Of a stretch of 64,000 bases of DNA, positions 40,112 through 49,771 are shown piece by piece. Below the pieces are notes generated by a model that saw only the letters and a list, made by a program, of their open reading frames with translations, was not told where the DNA came from and did not search any database. Origin of the DNA: Deltaproteobacteria bacterium (GTDB lineage Bacteria > Myxococcota > JACRCW01); the NCBI GenBank assembly GCA_016218805.1, contig JACRCW010000085.1, forward strand, positions 1 to 64,000. Direction: 5' to 3'. The number at the start of each line of letters is the position of its first letter. The stretch's first letter is position 1. The position numbers and the translations under genes were made by a program.

Positions 40112-41485
40112 TCAGCGGTCCGGCGGGCCCTTGAGACGCTGCCACAGGCTCTTGCGTGAAATACCCAGCGCCTGCGCCGCGCGCCCCTTGTGCCCCTCCA
40201 CCTTGGTGAGCACCCGCTGGATGTACTCCTTCTCAAACCGCTCCACCGCCTGCCCCAGCGGCTCCACCTGCCCGGTTTCCGTCGGCACGGCCAGCTCGTG
40301 CGCGGGTCCCTGCACCACCATGGCCCGCGGAAGATGTTCCACGCGGATGCCCCCGCCGCGGGCCAGCGCCACCGCTCGTTCCAGCGCATGGATCAATTCG
40401 CGGACATTCCCCGGGTAGTCGTACGTCACCAGCGCGGCAACGGCGCCCGGGTCCAGTTCAGGCACGGCGCGGCCCAGCCTCCGCGCAATGCTCTCCAGAA
40501 TCTCGGCCACCAGCGCGGGGATGTCCGCGCGCCGCTCCCGCACCGGCGGCATGCGGATATCCACAACGTTGAGGCGGTAGAAGAGATCCTGGCGGAACGT
40601 GCCGGCCTCCACCGCCTCCTGCAGATTGCGGTTGGTGGCCGCCAGGATGCGGACGTCCACGGTGCGGGACGTGGAACTGCCCACGGGCTCGAACGTGCCC
40701 GATTCCAGCGCACGCAGCAGCTTGGCCTGCTGTGACACGGGCAGCTCGCCCACCTCGTCCAGAAACAGGATGCCACCGTCCGCCACGCCAAAGCGGCCTT
40801 CGCGCCGCCGTTCCGCACCGGTGAATGCCCCCTTTTCATGGCCAAACAGCTCGCTCTCCAACAGGTTCTCCGGAATCGCGGCACAGTTGACGGCGACAAA
40901 CGGCTTCTCCGCCCGGTGACTCGCCTGGTGGATCATGTGCGCGCATACCTCTTTGCCGGTGCCCGTCTCGCCGGTGATCAGCACGCTCACGTCGGACACG
41001 GCCGCCGCGTCAATGCGGTCCAGCAACAACCGCGTGGCCGGGGAGTCGCCGCGGATGGCGCCGGTGGCGGCGCCCGGACCGCGGGCGGCCTGCTCCATCT
41101 GGGCGCTCAGTTCGCGCTCACGGCGGACGCGCCCCAGGCGCAGGAGCAATTCCTCCATTTCAAACGGCTTGACAACGTAGTCGCGCGCGCCGGCGCGCAT
41201 CACCTCCACCGCGTCCTTGTAGTCCGCGTACGCGGTCATCAGGACCACCGCCAGTCCGGGGTCCGCTTCACGCAGCCGCCGCATCAGCGCAATGCCATCC
41301 AGCCCGGGCAGACGCACGTCACACAGGACGATATCGAACGACTCGCGCTGCGCCGCGGCCCAACCGGCGTTGCCGTCCGCGCAGGCGTCCACCTGGTAGC
41401 CCGCGTCCACCAGCGCATCACGCAGGGTGACGCGGACCACGCGGTCATCCTCCACCAGGAGCAACCGCGTAGGCGCCGACGTCAC
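40112..41485 (-). CDS. Sigma-54-dependent response regulator (NtrC family)
   Basis: REC domain (VEDD, CDVRLP), GETGTGKE, GAFTGA and Fis HTH. GTG start overlaps the upstream stop. Confidence 0.93.
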   Translation of the reverse strand: MTSAPTRLLLVEDDRVVRVTLRDALVDAGYQVDACADGNAGWAAAQRESFDIVLCDVRLPGLDGIALMRRLREADPGLAVVLMTAYADYKDAVEVMRAGARDYVVKPFEMEELLLRLGRVRRERELSAQMEQAARGPGAATGAIRGDSPATRLLLDRIDAAAVSDVSVLITGETGTGKEVCAHMIHQASHRAEKPFVAVNCAAIPENLLESELFGHEKGAFTGAERRREGRFGVADGGILFLDEVGELPVSQQAKLLRALESGTFEPVGSSTSRTVDVRILAATNRNLQEAVEAGTFRQDLFYRLNVVDIRMPPVRERRADIPALVAEILESIARRLGRAVPELDPGAVAALVTYDYPGNVRELIHALERAVALARGGGIRVEHLPRAMVVQGPAHELAVPTETGQVEPLGQAVERFEKEYIQRVLTKVEGHKGRAAQALGISRKSLWQRLKGPPDR

Positions 41486-42324
41486 GGCCGCGCCTCCCCG
41501 CCCTCCTTCTTGCGGGCGATGTACGCCAGGATCTCCGCGGCGGTTTCCTCCACCGCCTTGCCGCTGACGTTGAGCACCGGCCATTGCGGGTGCGCGGCAA
41601 AGAACTCCTCCACCCACTTGAGTTCGCGCACCACGTTCTCCTTGAGACCGTACGCGCTGTCCGCGGGCATCCCCAGGTGGCGCAGGCGTTCCTGGCGGAT
41701 GCGCGTGAGCGTGCCCGGGTCAATGGTGAGCGCAATGACCTTCCCCTGGTCCACCTCAAACAATTCGCGCGGCGCAGGGACGTCCGGGACCAGCGGGACG
41801 TTGGCCACCTTGTAGCCCTTATGCGCCAGGTAGGTGGACAGCGGCGTCTTGCTGGTGCGGGACACGCCCACCAGCACCAGGTCCGCCTTGGAGAGGTTGC
41901 GCGGCTCCTGCCCGTCGTCGTTCTTGACCGCGAATTCCACCGCTTCAATACGGCGGAAATACTCCTCGTTCAGCACCATGGTGATGCCGGCCTTCATGAC
42001 CGGCGGGTGCCCAAAGAACGTGGACAGGCGCACCATCATGGCGCCAATGACGTCAATGGAAATGACGCCCATGGAGTCCGCGTAGTCCTGCATGGTGCTG
42101 CGCAGTTCCAGGTCCGCCAGCGTGTAGGAGATGAACGCTTTCTCGTCGCGCGCCCGCTCCACAATGTTCCGCACCTCCGCGGCGGTGCGCACGCGGTGGA
42201 AACCGCGGAGCCTGGGTTTGGCCTCCGGGAATTGCAGCAGCGCCGCTGAGGTGACCTTCTCCACCGTGTCACCGGTGGCGTCGGAAACCAGGAAGATCTG
42301 CGGTGGGTCCTGCGTCGTCGTCAT
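41482..42324 (-). CDS. ppsR: PEP synthase/PPDK regulatory kinase-pyrophosphorylase (DUF299)
   Basis: VSDATGDT, YFRRIEAVEFAVKNDDG and GVSRTSKTP. Confidence 0.92.
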   Translation of the reverse strand: MTTTQDPPQIFLVSDATGDTVEKVTSAALLQFPEAKPRLRGFHRVRTAAEVRNIVERARDEKAFISYTLADLELRSTMQDYADSMGVISIDVIGAMMVRLSTFFGHPPVMKAGITMVLNEEYFRRIEAVEFAVKNDDGQEPRNLSKADLVLVGVSRTSKTPLSTYLAHKGYKVANVPLVPDVPAPRELFEVDQGKVIALTIDPGTLTRIRQERLRHLGMPADSAYGLKENVVRELKWVEEFFAAHPQWPVLNVSGKAVEETAAEILAYIARKKEGGEARP

Positions 42325-42851
42325 GGGGTGCCTCCGTCGGGCGGCTCCATTGGAGCCTGCCCACCATCCCCGTCAAGCACTCCGCCGCGCACCCGCTGCC
42401 GCGCCCAGGCCACGCGCCCGTCCCGGTCCGTCAGCTGGGCGGAGAGCCAGGCCAGCCGGTCCACCAAGACATCCGCCGCAAACGGCCCTGCACGCACCCC
42501 CGCCGCCACGCACCCGGCGCCCACCGACGTGAAGACCGGGTACAGCGCGGGCGCGGACACGGCGCGCATGCCGGCCGGGTCCGCCAGCGTGAACACCACG
42601 GCCGCTTCCAGCAGCTCAACCTGGTGCGCGCGCAGCGCAAGCGTCAGCACCACGCCGCCGTCCCCGTCACCCTCCACACCCACCACCGTGCCGTCTTGCA
42701 GCGGCGTGAACCCGGCCTCCGGGGTGCCCAGTTCCAGGGACGGCGGACCGGTGAAGTCCCCGCAGCCGCCGTCACGGGCCGGGAGCGCCCGGGACGGCGG
42801 CGCGGTGCAGGCCCCGCACAGGGCAAGCAGGAGGAGCGGGCGCAGATTCAC
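42321..42851 (-). CDS. Hypothetical lipoprotein
   Basis: Signal ending CGAC. Overlaps the ppsR start. Confidence 0.55.
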   Translation of the reverse strand: MNLRPLLLLALCGACTAPPSRALPARDGGCGDFTGPPSLELGTPEAGFTPLQDGTVVGVEGDGDGGVVLTLALRAHQVELLEAAVVFTLADPAGMRAVSAPALYPVFTSVGAGCVAAGVRAGPFAADVLVDRLAWLSAQLTDRDGRVAWARQRVRGGVLDGDGGQAPMEPPDGGTP

Positions 42852-42861
42852 CGCGGCTGCA

Positions 42862-44952
42862 TCAGGGTGCCGCCGGGTCCAGCGCAGGGGCGTCCGCCGG
42901 GGCGGGTGCGGCAGGCGCGGTCACGGCGGGCTTGTTGCGTGCTTCCCACGCGCGGAACACGCCCGTGGACATCCACGGGACGTACGTGATGACCAGCACG
43001 GACAGCGACATGATCACCAGGAACGGGAACGCCGCGCGGTACATCTGTGGCAGCGGCTTGCCAAACCGCGTGGACGACAAGAAGAGGTTGAGGCCCACCG
43101 GCGGGAACAGGAAGCCCAGCTCCAGGTTGGCCAGGAAGATGATGCCCAGGTGCAGCGGGTCAATCCCGTACGCGCGTCCCAGCGGTGCCAGCAGCGGCGC
43201 AAGAATGACAATGGCGCTGAAGATCTCCAGCACGCTGCCCAGCACCAGCAGCAGCGCGTTGAGGATGAGCAGGAACACAAACTGGGAGCTGATGTGCTGC
43301 TGCACCCACTGGATGACAATTTCCGGGATGCCTTCGTCCACCATGTAGCTGGTGAGCCCCATGGCCATGCCCAGCACCATGAGCACGCTGCCCACCAGCG
43401 TGCCGCCCTCCACCAGCGCGCGCGGCAGCCCCTGCCGCAGCGTCAGCGTGCGGCAGATGAACACCTCCATGATGACCGAGTAGATGAACGCCAGCGCCGC
43501 AGCCTCCACCATGGTGGCCCACCCCGACGCGAAACTCACCAGCACAATGAGCGGCGCACCCAGGTCCCACTTGGCGCCCGCCACCGCCGCGCCGACTTCC
43601 TTGAACGAGAACGGATGCCGGCTGGTCCCGGTGCGCACGCCGACGAACACCGCCCACGCGGCAACCATCAGGATCATCACCACGCCGGGGAGCAGCCCCG
43701 CAATGAACAGGTTTTCCACGGGCTGCTGGCTCACCACCGCGTACAGGATCACCGGCACGGACGGAAAGAACAGCAATCCCAGCGAGCCCGACGCCGTCAC
43801 CAGGCCCAGTGAGAAGTTTTCCGGGTATTTCTCCTGACGCAGGATGGGGTAGACCAGCCCGCCCAGCGCGAGAATGGTCACGCCGGAACCACCGGTCAGC
43901 GTGGTGAAGATGGCGCACACGGCAATGACCATCAGCGCCATTCCACCCGGCAGGAAACCCACCAGCGAGCGGAACAGGCGCACCAGGCGTGCGGACGAAC
44001 CACCGGTGGCCAACACAAAACCCGCGGCGGTGAGAATGGGAATGGCCGGCAACGTGGGTGAGGCCACGAGGCGATAGGTCTCCGTGGGGACGGATGCGAT
44101 GGGCGTGTCCGCGGCAAAGAACCACACCATGGCCAAGCCGCTCATCGCCGCGTAGACGGGCGTGCCCAGCAGCAGCGCGACGAGGATGGCCAGCGACAGC
44201 GGCCACTGCAGCGTGCCCGCGCGGGACTGGAACGCGTTCACCGTGCGGATGACCCAGGACGGCTCCGCGGCGTCCGGGTCACCCATGATGAGCCGGCCCA
44301 GGAAACAGCCCACCACCAACGCGAGCGCCACGCCGCGCAGGCTCCACCGTGACGACGACGCCACAGCCTGGCGCAGCGCGATGATGGCCAGGGTCACCGG
44401 CATCACTGCAACGCTGACCCACTCCGTGATGCCGCCGCCCAGCTGCGAACCGCTCCCGCGCAGCGCGTCCACCAGGCCCGCCGCGGCCACGGCCAGCATG
44501 GCGGACACCAACGCCGCCACCGTCCCGGCAAAGAAGTGCGCGCCGCTGCGCACGGGCCCGCGCGGCAGCAACTCAGCCAGCGACAGGCCCAGGTGCTTGC
44601 CTTCGCGCGTGGCCAGCAACGCGCCCAGGAAACCCGCCCACATGGTCAGGTGCTGCACGTACTCCTGCGCACCGCTGATGCCGCCCACGCCCAGCTTCCG
44701 GCCCAGGATCTCCGTCACCGCCATCAGCGCCATCACCGCAAACACCGCGATCACGGCGCCGTTCTCAAACAGGCGCCACACGCGCAGCGCGGGGTGCGCT
44801 TTCTTCGCCTCGGCCACGGGTGTGTCGCTGGTGGCGGCGGTCCCCTCCTTGCCCGGCGCAGCGGGCAGCAGGTGGCCTTCCCCTTCGGCGGGCGCGGTCG
44901 GCGCCCCGGTCCCGGGCTCGTCGGGCGGCTTGGGCTCGCCGGTCTCGCTCAT
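42862..44952 (-). CDS. TRAP transporter fused DctQ-DctM permease
   Basis: GALLATREGKHL (DctQ), then AIP, TGGSG and PPVGLNLF (DctM). Confidence 0.9.
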   Translation of the reverse strand: MSETGEPKPPDEPGTGAPTAPAEGEGHLLPAAPGKEGTAATSDTPVAEAKKAHPALRVWRLFENGAVIAVFAVMALMAVTEILGRKLGVGGISGAQEYVQHLTMWAGFLGALLATREGKHLGLSLAELLPRGPVRSGAHFFAGTVAALVSAMLAVAAAGLVDALRGSGSQLGGGITEWVSVAVMPVTLAIIALRQAVASSSRWSLRGVALALVVGCFLGRLIMGDPDAAEPSWVIRTVNAFQSRAGTLQWPLSLAILVALLLGTPVYAAMSGLAMVWFFAADTPIASVPTETYRLVASPTLPAIPILTAAGFVLATGGSSARLVRLFRSLVGFLPGGMALMVIAVCAIFTTLTGGSGVTILALGGLVYPILRQEKYPENFSLGLVTASGSLGLLFFPSVPVILYAVVSQQPVENLFIAGLLPGVVMILMVAAWAVFVGVRTGTSRHPFSFKEVGAAVAGAKWDLGAPLIVLVSFASGWATMVEAAALAFIYSVIMEVFICRTLTLRQGLPRALVEGGTLVGSVLMVLGMAMGLTSYMVDEGIPEIVIQWVQQHISSQFVFLLILNALLLVLGSVLEIFSAIVILAPLLAPLGRAYGIDPLHLGIIFLANLELGFLFPPVGLNLFLSSTRFGKPLPQMYRAAFPFLVIMSLSVLVITYVPWMSTGVFRAWEARNKPAVTAPAAPAPADAPALDPAAP

Positions 44953-44979
44953 GACGTCATCCTTGGCCCCCGCGGGCCG

Positions 44980-46087
44980 GCGCCGTCAATGCCCCGCGCG
45001 GTTCTCCGTGAAGTGCTGCGGCCCGTGGCGCGGGCCGACTCCGACCTCACTGCCAACGCGTACGCTCAGCCGCGCGGGGGTGGCGTCCAGCAGATGCCAA
45101 TGCCCCCGTCATCCGCACTGCGCACACCGCCGTCTGCATCGATGATCGTGCACCCGGCGTCACCGCACGGGTTTCACTGCAAGACGAACGGCAGGGATCT
45201 CCCTCGCGTTTTGCTGGCGGGCAAGCTGCCGCCATGCCGGCTGCAAATCGCCACGACCCACGACGTGCCGGCGCCACCCCTCATGGTCCACCGGGGGCGC
45301 AATTGGATTCTCGCGCGGACCACGCACCCATCGAGTTCGGGCTCGGCAGGAGCCTCGCCCTCCCAGCTATTGTTGTCGATGGGACCCCACGGGAGGAACC
45401 TCGACGGAGCCTCGCCCTGCGCTGTCGTCGTCGCTGGATCCCCTCGGGAGGGCGAGCCTCCTGGCGAGCCCGCGGCAGCGCGTGTGTCGTGCGGGGATCC
45501 AGCTCTCATCCGGTGGAAGTCGCGATCCCCGTCAACGTTTCGCGTGAGCCGCCCCGCGTCGGTGTCAACTTGGGAGAACCCAGGGGCGAAGCAGGTGTTC
45601 CAACGCATGGCCTCGATCATTGAACTCCGGGGCCGGACCGTCAACGTGCCTGCATGGTGCGGCCCCACGCACACGTCGACTCGGCGGCGCGAGGCGGATT
45701 CGATCCTGAGCAACCGGGTGAGCAAGAAGTTGTGGCGCGGAGCAACGGAGGCCCGCTCCACGACGCATGGCGGGCTTGCCGCAGGCAATCCCATCTACGC
45801 CGGCCCCCCTTGGGGGCGGTTCTCGACGACGGAGCGCAGCGACGTCGGCGAGAGGACCAAGCCCATTGGCGGGCCCCCCACCCCCGGCGACTGACGTCGC
45901 CCGCCGGCCGGCCGCCCCCCAAAAGGGGGCGGGTACGCATGCACGCAGAGCGTGCATGCAGTTCAGACGTCGCATTCGTGGAACAGATACCGGCTCAGAC
46001 TTGGATCCGCCTCGCGGCGGCGGCTTGCCGCGCACCGGCCTGGCCCGCGCCGTCAATGCCCCGCGCGGTTCTCCGCGAAGTGCTGCG
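44980..46087. mobile_element. ~1.07-kb insert bounded by 41-bp direct repeats, with REP-like inverted pair and possible decayed HUH-transposase sequence
   Basis: 44980-45020 matches 46047-46087 with one mismatch. 25-bp elements at 45340-45364 and 45446-45470 are inverted copies (23/25). Confidence 0.6.
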
Positions 46088-47519
46088 CGCGGTAGGTGGA
46101 CAGCCGCGCACCGGGATCGTTCCAACATGCCTCGGGTGAGCCCTGCTTGCGGCACAACTGCGCCAGGAAGTCACCCGCCGCCGGCATGTCTTCCCACACT
46201 TCCGGGAGGAACGTGGAGCGCCGCTCACCCAGTTCAATGATGAGTCCGGGCCGCGTGCGCTGCAGCAGCGCGGGCACAGTCTCCCCCGGCGGCAGTACCA
46301 GCGGGCGCGGTTCCTCCAACACGGAGATGGAGAGGTCCACGCCGCCAAGCTCGTCCTTGCCGACGGGAGGGAACCGGCGGTCGTTCACGGCCGCGTTGAT
46401 GGCGTTCCGCGCGACGACGTCCACCAGCGGTCCCGCCGCGACGAGGCTGCCGATGCAGCCGCGCAGCTGCCCCCGCTGCTTCAACGTGACAAACGCCCCG
46501 CGCGGCCGGCCCAGCCGCGGGTACCGTGCGGCCAGCGCTCCCGGCACGACGAGGTCCGTCCCCGCCCGCACCTTCTCCTCCACCGCGCGCCGCGCCACCG
46601 TGAGCAGCGCGGCCTGCTCGTCACTGCCCAGTTCAAACACGTCCTCGTACGCCACCGCGCCGTAGCCCACCACGCGCGTCCGGTCCCCGCTCACGTCACC
46701 GGAGTTGGCGTACGTGATGAGCCGCGGGGTCAGCTCCAACAGCGCCGCCAACTCCGTCATCACCAGCAGTACGTGCGTACCATCCGTGTCGCAGTGCGCC
46801 ACGTCGTCTGCGTTCATGCGGACCAGCGCGTCCAGGCACGCGCGGTCACGCGCCACCGCGTCGTCGTAGGGATGGTAGTGGGACAGATCCACGGAGAAGA
46901 CGAACAGCGTCCCGGGGGTTGCCAGCGTTCGCAGCGCCGCCGCCAGAACGGCGGTGTCACGCCGCGCCAGGCGACCGACAATCAACGGAATCAACTCAAA
47001 TGGCCTTCCGTTGTGCACCTGCAGGAGCGGCAGGGCCACTTCCACCATGTGCATGGTGTGTGCGGCCGGCACATCCACAAACGGGCCCTTTCCAACAAGC
47101 GCCGCCGCCGACGGTGACACGCGCACCTCACCGCCGGGCCAGGCGTAGTGTGTGGCGGTATCCACAGAAACCCCGGCAAAGTCCGCCGCACCGTTGTGAT
47201 TGGCGGCAATGACCACCACGCGCTCAAACCCCGGCTCCACCTGCCGCAATGCGGCCGCCGCCACCCTGCCCGAGTAGACGTACCCGGCATGCGGCACCAG
47301 GACCACGCGGGCGGGCGCGCCGATCACGCGCGACGACGACGCCAGGAAGTCCGCGGCGGCAGCGCGCAGGCGGTCCGGCTCCGCGGGGTAGAACGTCCCG
47401 GCCACCGTTGGCGCGCGCACCACGCGCCGCGCCGGCGCCGCGGCCGCATCCGGGCTGACCGGCCCCGCGCGCGTGCACGCCAGCACCACAACCGCCGCGC
47501 CCCACGCGGACGCCTTCAC
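46053..47519 (-). CDS. amrB: AmmeMemoRadiSam protein B (Memo) fused to protein A (AMMECR1)
   Basis: VAGTFYP, PHAGYVYSG, DLSHY, YANSGD, VVGY, then GAFVTL...LRGCIG...DRRFPP and TFLPEVW. Confidence 0.92.
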   Translation of the reverse strand: MKASAWGAAVVVLACTRAGPVSPDAAAAPARRVVRAPTVAGTFYPAEPDRLRAAAADFLASSSRVIGAPARVVLVPHAGYVYSGRVAAAALRQVEPGFERVVVIAANHNGAADFAGVSVDTATHYAWPGGEVRVSPSAAALVGKGPFVDVPAAHTMHMVEVALPLLQVHNGRPFELIPLIVGRLARRDTAVLAAALRTLATPGTLFVFSVDLSHYHPYDDAVARDRACLDALVRMNADDVAHCDTDGTHVLLVMTELAALLELTPRLITYANSGDVSGDRTRVVGYGAVAYEDVFELGSDEQAALLTVARRAVEEKVRAGTDLVVPGALAARYPRLGRPRGAFVTLKQRGQLRGCIGSLVAAGPLVDVVARNAINAAVNDRRFPPVGKDELGGVDLSISVLEEPRPLVLPPGETVPALLQRTRPGLIIELGERRSTFLPEVWEDMPAAGDFLAQLCRKQGSPEACWNDPGARLSTYRAQHFAENRAGH

Positions 47520-48673
47520 GAAAACACCCCGGGGACCACTTCGCCGCACGGGCAGCGCCCGTCCACCAGCGCGGACGACGTCACTTCAAAGCCGCGCCGT
47601 TCAATCAGCAGGCGCCCGTCCCGCGGGCAGCGCGTGTGGTTGGCATCATGCCCCGGCACGTTACCCAGGTAGACAAACAGGAGTCCCGCATCCAACGCCG
47701 CCGCCCGCGCGCGCTCCATGGCGGCCACCGGCGTGGGCGGAAGGTGCTCCAACCGGTGCGCGGGGCGGAAGCGGAGGATGTGCACGGGCGTCCCCGGCCC
47801 CAGGTGCGCCGCCACCCAGCGGCCAAAGCGGCCAATCTCCGCAATGTCATCTGACAGCGTGGGCACCATGAGGAAGCTCACCTCCACCCAGACGCCTTCC
47901 TCCCGCAGCACCTCCAGCGTGCGCAGCACGGGCGCCAGGCGCGCGCCGGAGACGTCACGGTAGAAGGACTCGCGGAAGGCCTTCACGTCCAGCGTCACCG
48001 CGTCAATGACGCGGCACAGTTCGCGCAGCGGCTGTTCGTTCACGTAGCCCGCCGTCACCAGCACACTGCGGATGCCACGGTCCCGCGCCAGCGACGCCGT
48101 GTCCCGCACGTACTCCCAGGTCACCAGCGGTTCCGTGTACGTGAACGCCAGCGCGTTGACGTCCCGCCCGGCGCACAGCGCCACCAGGTCCTCCGGAAAC
48201 AGCGTGTGCTGCACCACGTCAGACGGCCGGGATTGCGAGATTTCCCAATTCTGGCAATTGAGGCACCGCAGGTTGCAGCCGCCCGTCGCCACGGAGAGGA
48301 TGGGTGTCCGGGGGAGCCAGTGATACAGCGGTTTCTTTTCAATGGGATCCAGCGCCACACTGCACAGGTTCCCGTAGCCCAGCGTGTGCAGCGCACCGTC
48401 TTTCACCGCGCGCACGCGGCAGTACCCGCGGTCATCCTCCCCCAGCACGCACAGGTGCGGACACAGCGTGCACTGCACCAGCCCACCGCGCGCCACCGCG
48501 TGCGCCGCCGGGCGTGCGTACGCATCCAGCGGCGCCGCCGCGTCCTGGCGGAAACCCATCTCCAGCGGCCGGTTCCCGTCACCCAGTACAAACTGGTCCA
48601 CCGCCCGCTTGCCCAGCGCGGCCGCGCCACACCCGGCGACAACCTGCTTGATGAAGCGCCTTCTTGACCCCAC
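47516..48673 (-). CDS. amrS: AmmeMemoRadiSam radical SAM enzyme
   Basis: CTLCPHLC, DPIEKKPLYH, GCNLRCLNCQNWEISQ and VYLGNV. Confidence 0.93.
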   Translation of the reverse strand: MGSRRRFIKQVVAGCGAAALGKRAVDQFVLGDGNRPLEMGFRQDAAAPLDAYARPAAHAVARGGLVQCTLCPHLCVLGEDDRGYCRVRAVKDGALHTLGYGNLCSVALDPIEKKPLYHWLPRTPILSVATGGCNLRCLNCQNWEISQSRPSDVVQHTLFPEDLVALCAGRDVNALAFTYTEPLVTWEYVRDTASLARDRGIRSVLVTAGYVNEQPLRELCRVIDAVTLDVKAFRESFYRDVSGARLAPVLRTLEVLREEGVWVEVSFLMVPTLSDDIAEIGRFGRWVAAHLGPGTPVHILRFRPAHRLEHLPPTPVAAMERARAAALDAGLLFVYLGNVPGHDANHTRCPRDGRLLIERRGFEVTSSALVDGRCPCGEVVPGVFS

Positions 48674-48680
48674 GCGCCGC

Positions 48681-49727
48681 TCAGCCAACGCCCGCCAGGT
48701 TGGGGAACAGGGTTTCGCGGTAATACATCGCGTGCAGCTTGCCCACGCCGCGGCGCACGGCGTCGTCCGCGTGCGTGACGCTGGCCGCGGTATCCATCGC
48801 CGTGTCAGCCGCATGCATGGCGCCCTCCATGAACCGGCCAAACAGCGCCATGGGCGTGCGCGCCACCAGGTCCGCGCCGAGCGACAACATGGCGCGGCCC
48901 AGCCGCATGGGCGGAACAAATCCCGCGATGTGCTCAGCGAACTGCGTGGGCTCGCGCGTCAGGTAGAAGCCCTCCATGGTGGCGCTGCCGTCGTCATGCC
49001 GCGTGCAACGGAAGCGCACCGCGCCGTCCGTGGTGCCGGGAAAGGGGCCGCTCTTGCGGTCCGGGTTCAGGAAGTGCGCCGTGAACTCCACCTGGTCCGG
49101 GCGCTCGCGCACCGACGAGCGCTCCACCACCAGGTCCATGCCACCCGGCGGCACCAACCCGTCCAGCGGCTTGAGCACGCGCACGTCACCAATGCGCGCC
49201 ACGAACTTCTCCACCGACAGGTCCGCGAACGGATCAAACCGCGCGCCGGGCGCCGTGCGCGCCCAACCGTCCGCGCGCTTGACCGCCAGCACCTCCGTGG
49301 TGGGTCCGTTGCCACCGCCGCGTGCCGCCCCCGCAAAGAACCCGTGCAGGAAACGCGCAAGCACATCCGGGGCCGCATTGGGAATTCTTACCGCCTGGTC
49401 CACCACCCACGCGCGCCCGCCGTGGGCATCCTGCGCCACGAACGCGCGGCTGCCCGGGTCCACCTCCACCGGATCCGTCATCGGGCGCAGGTCCTCCGCC
49501 CGGTTGCCGGGGACCAGGAACATGGGGGCGCGCTCCGCGGCCTCTACCAGCCGCGCCAAATCCCGCGCTTCGGAGATGGTGGCCGGTGCCACCGTGGGGG
49601 CGTGGACGCCGTCCCAGGTGGCCGCGCGGGGTCCGGCCCGGCGCGGCGCGTTGGCCTGCGGGGCCGGGTCTTCCGGGGCAACCACGACGGGACGGGCAGG
49701 TGCGGCAGGACCGGTGATCCTTGGCAT
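48681..49727 (-). CDS. Hypothetical protein (possibly START/SRPBCC-like)
   Basis: Long ORF with normal composition ending 7 nt before amrS. Start approximate and fold guess weak. Confidence 0.55.
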   Translation of the reverse strand: MPRITGPAAPARPVVVAPEDPAPQANAPRRAGPRAATWDGVHAPTVAPATISEARDLARLVEAAERAPMFLVPGNRAEDLRPMTDPVEVDPGSRAFVAQDAHGGRAWVVDQAVRIPNAAPDVLARFLHGFFAGAARGGGNGPTTEVLAVKRADGWARTAPGARFDPFADLSVEKFVARIGDVRVLKPLDGLVPPGGMDLVVERSSVRERPDQVEFTAHFLNPDRKSGPFPGTTDGAVRFRCTRHDDGSATMEGFYLTREPTQFAEHIAGFVPPMRLGRAMLSLGADLVARTPMALFGRFMEGAMHAADTAMDTAASVTHADDAVRRGVGKLHAMYYRETLFPNLAGVG

Positions 49728-49771
49728 GGCGCGGACCCTACGCCCGCGTGCATGCAGGTTCCAGCCGCCCG

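Noticed and set aside
45174..45794. Intact protein-coding gene inside the insert
   Set aside because: The ORF runs through the REP-like repeats and has atypical composition. At most it is a decayed fragment.
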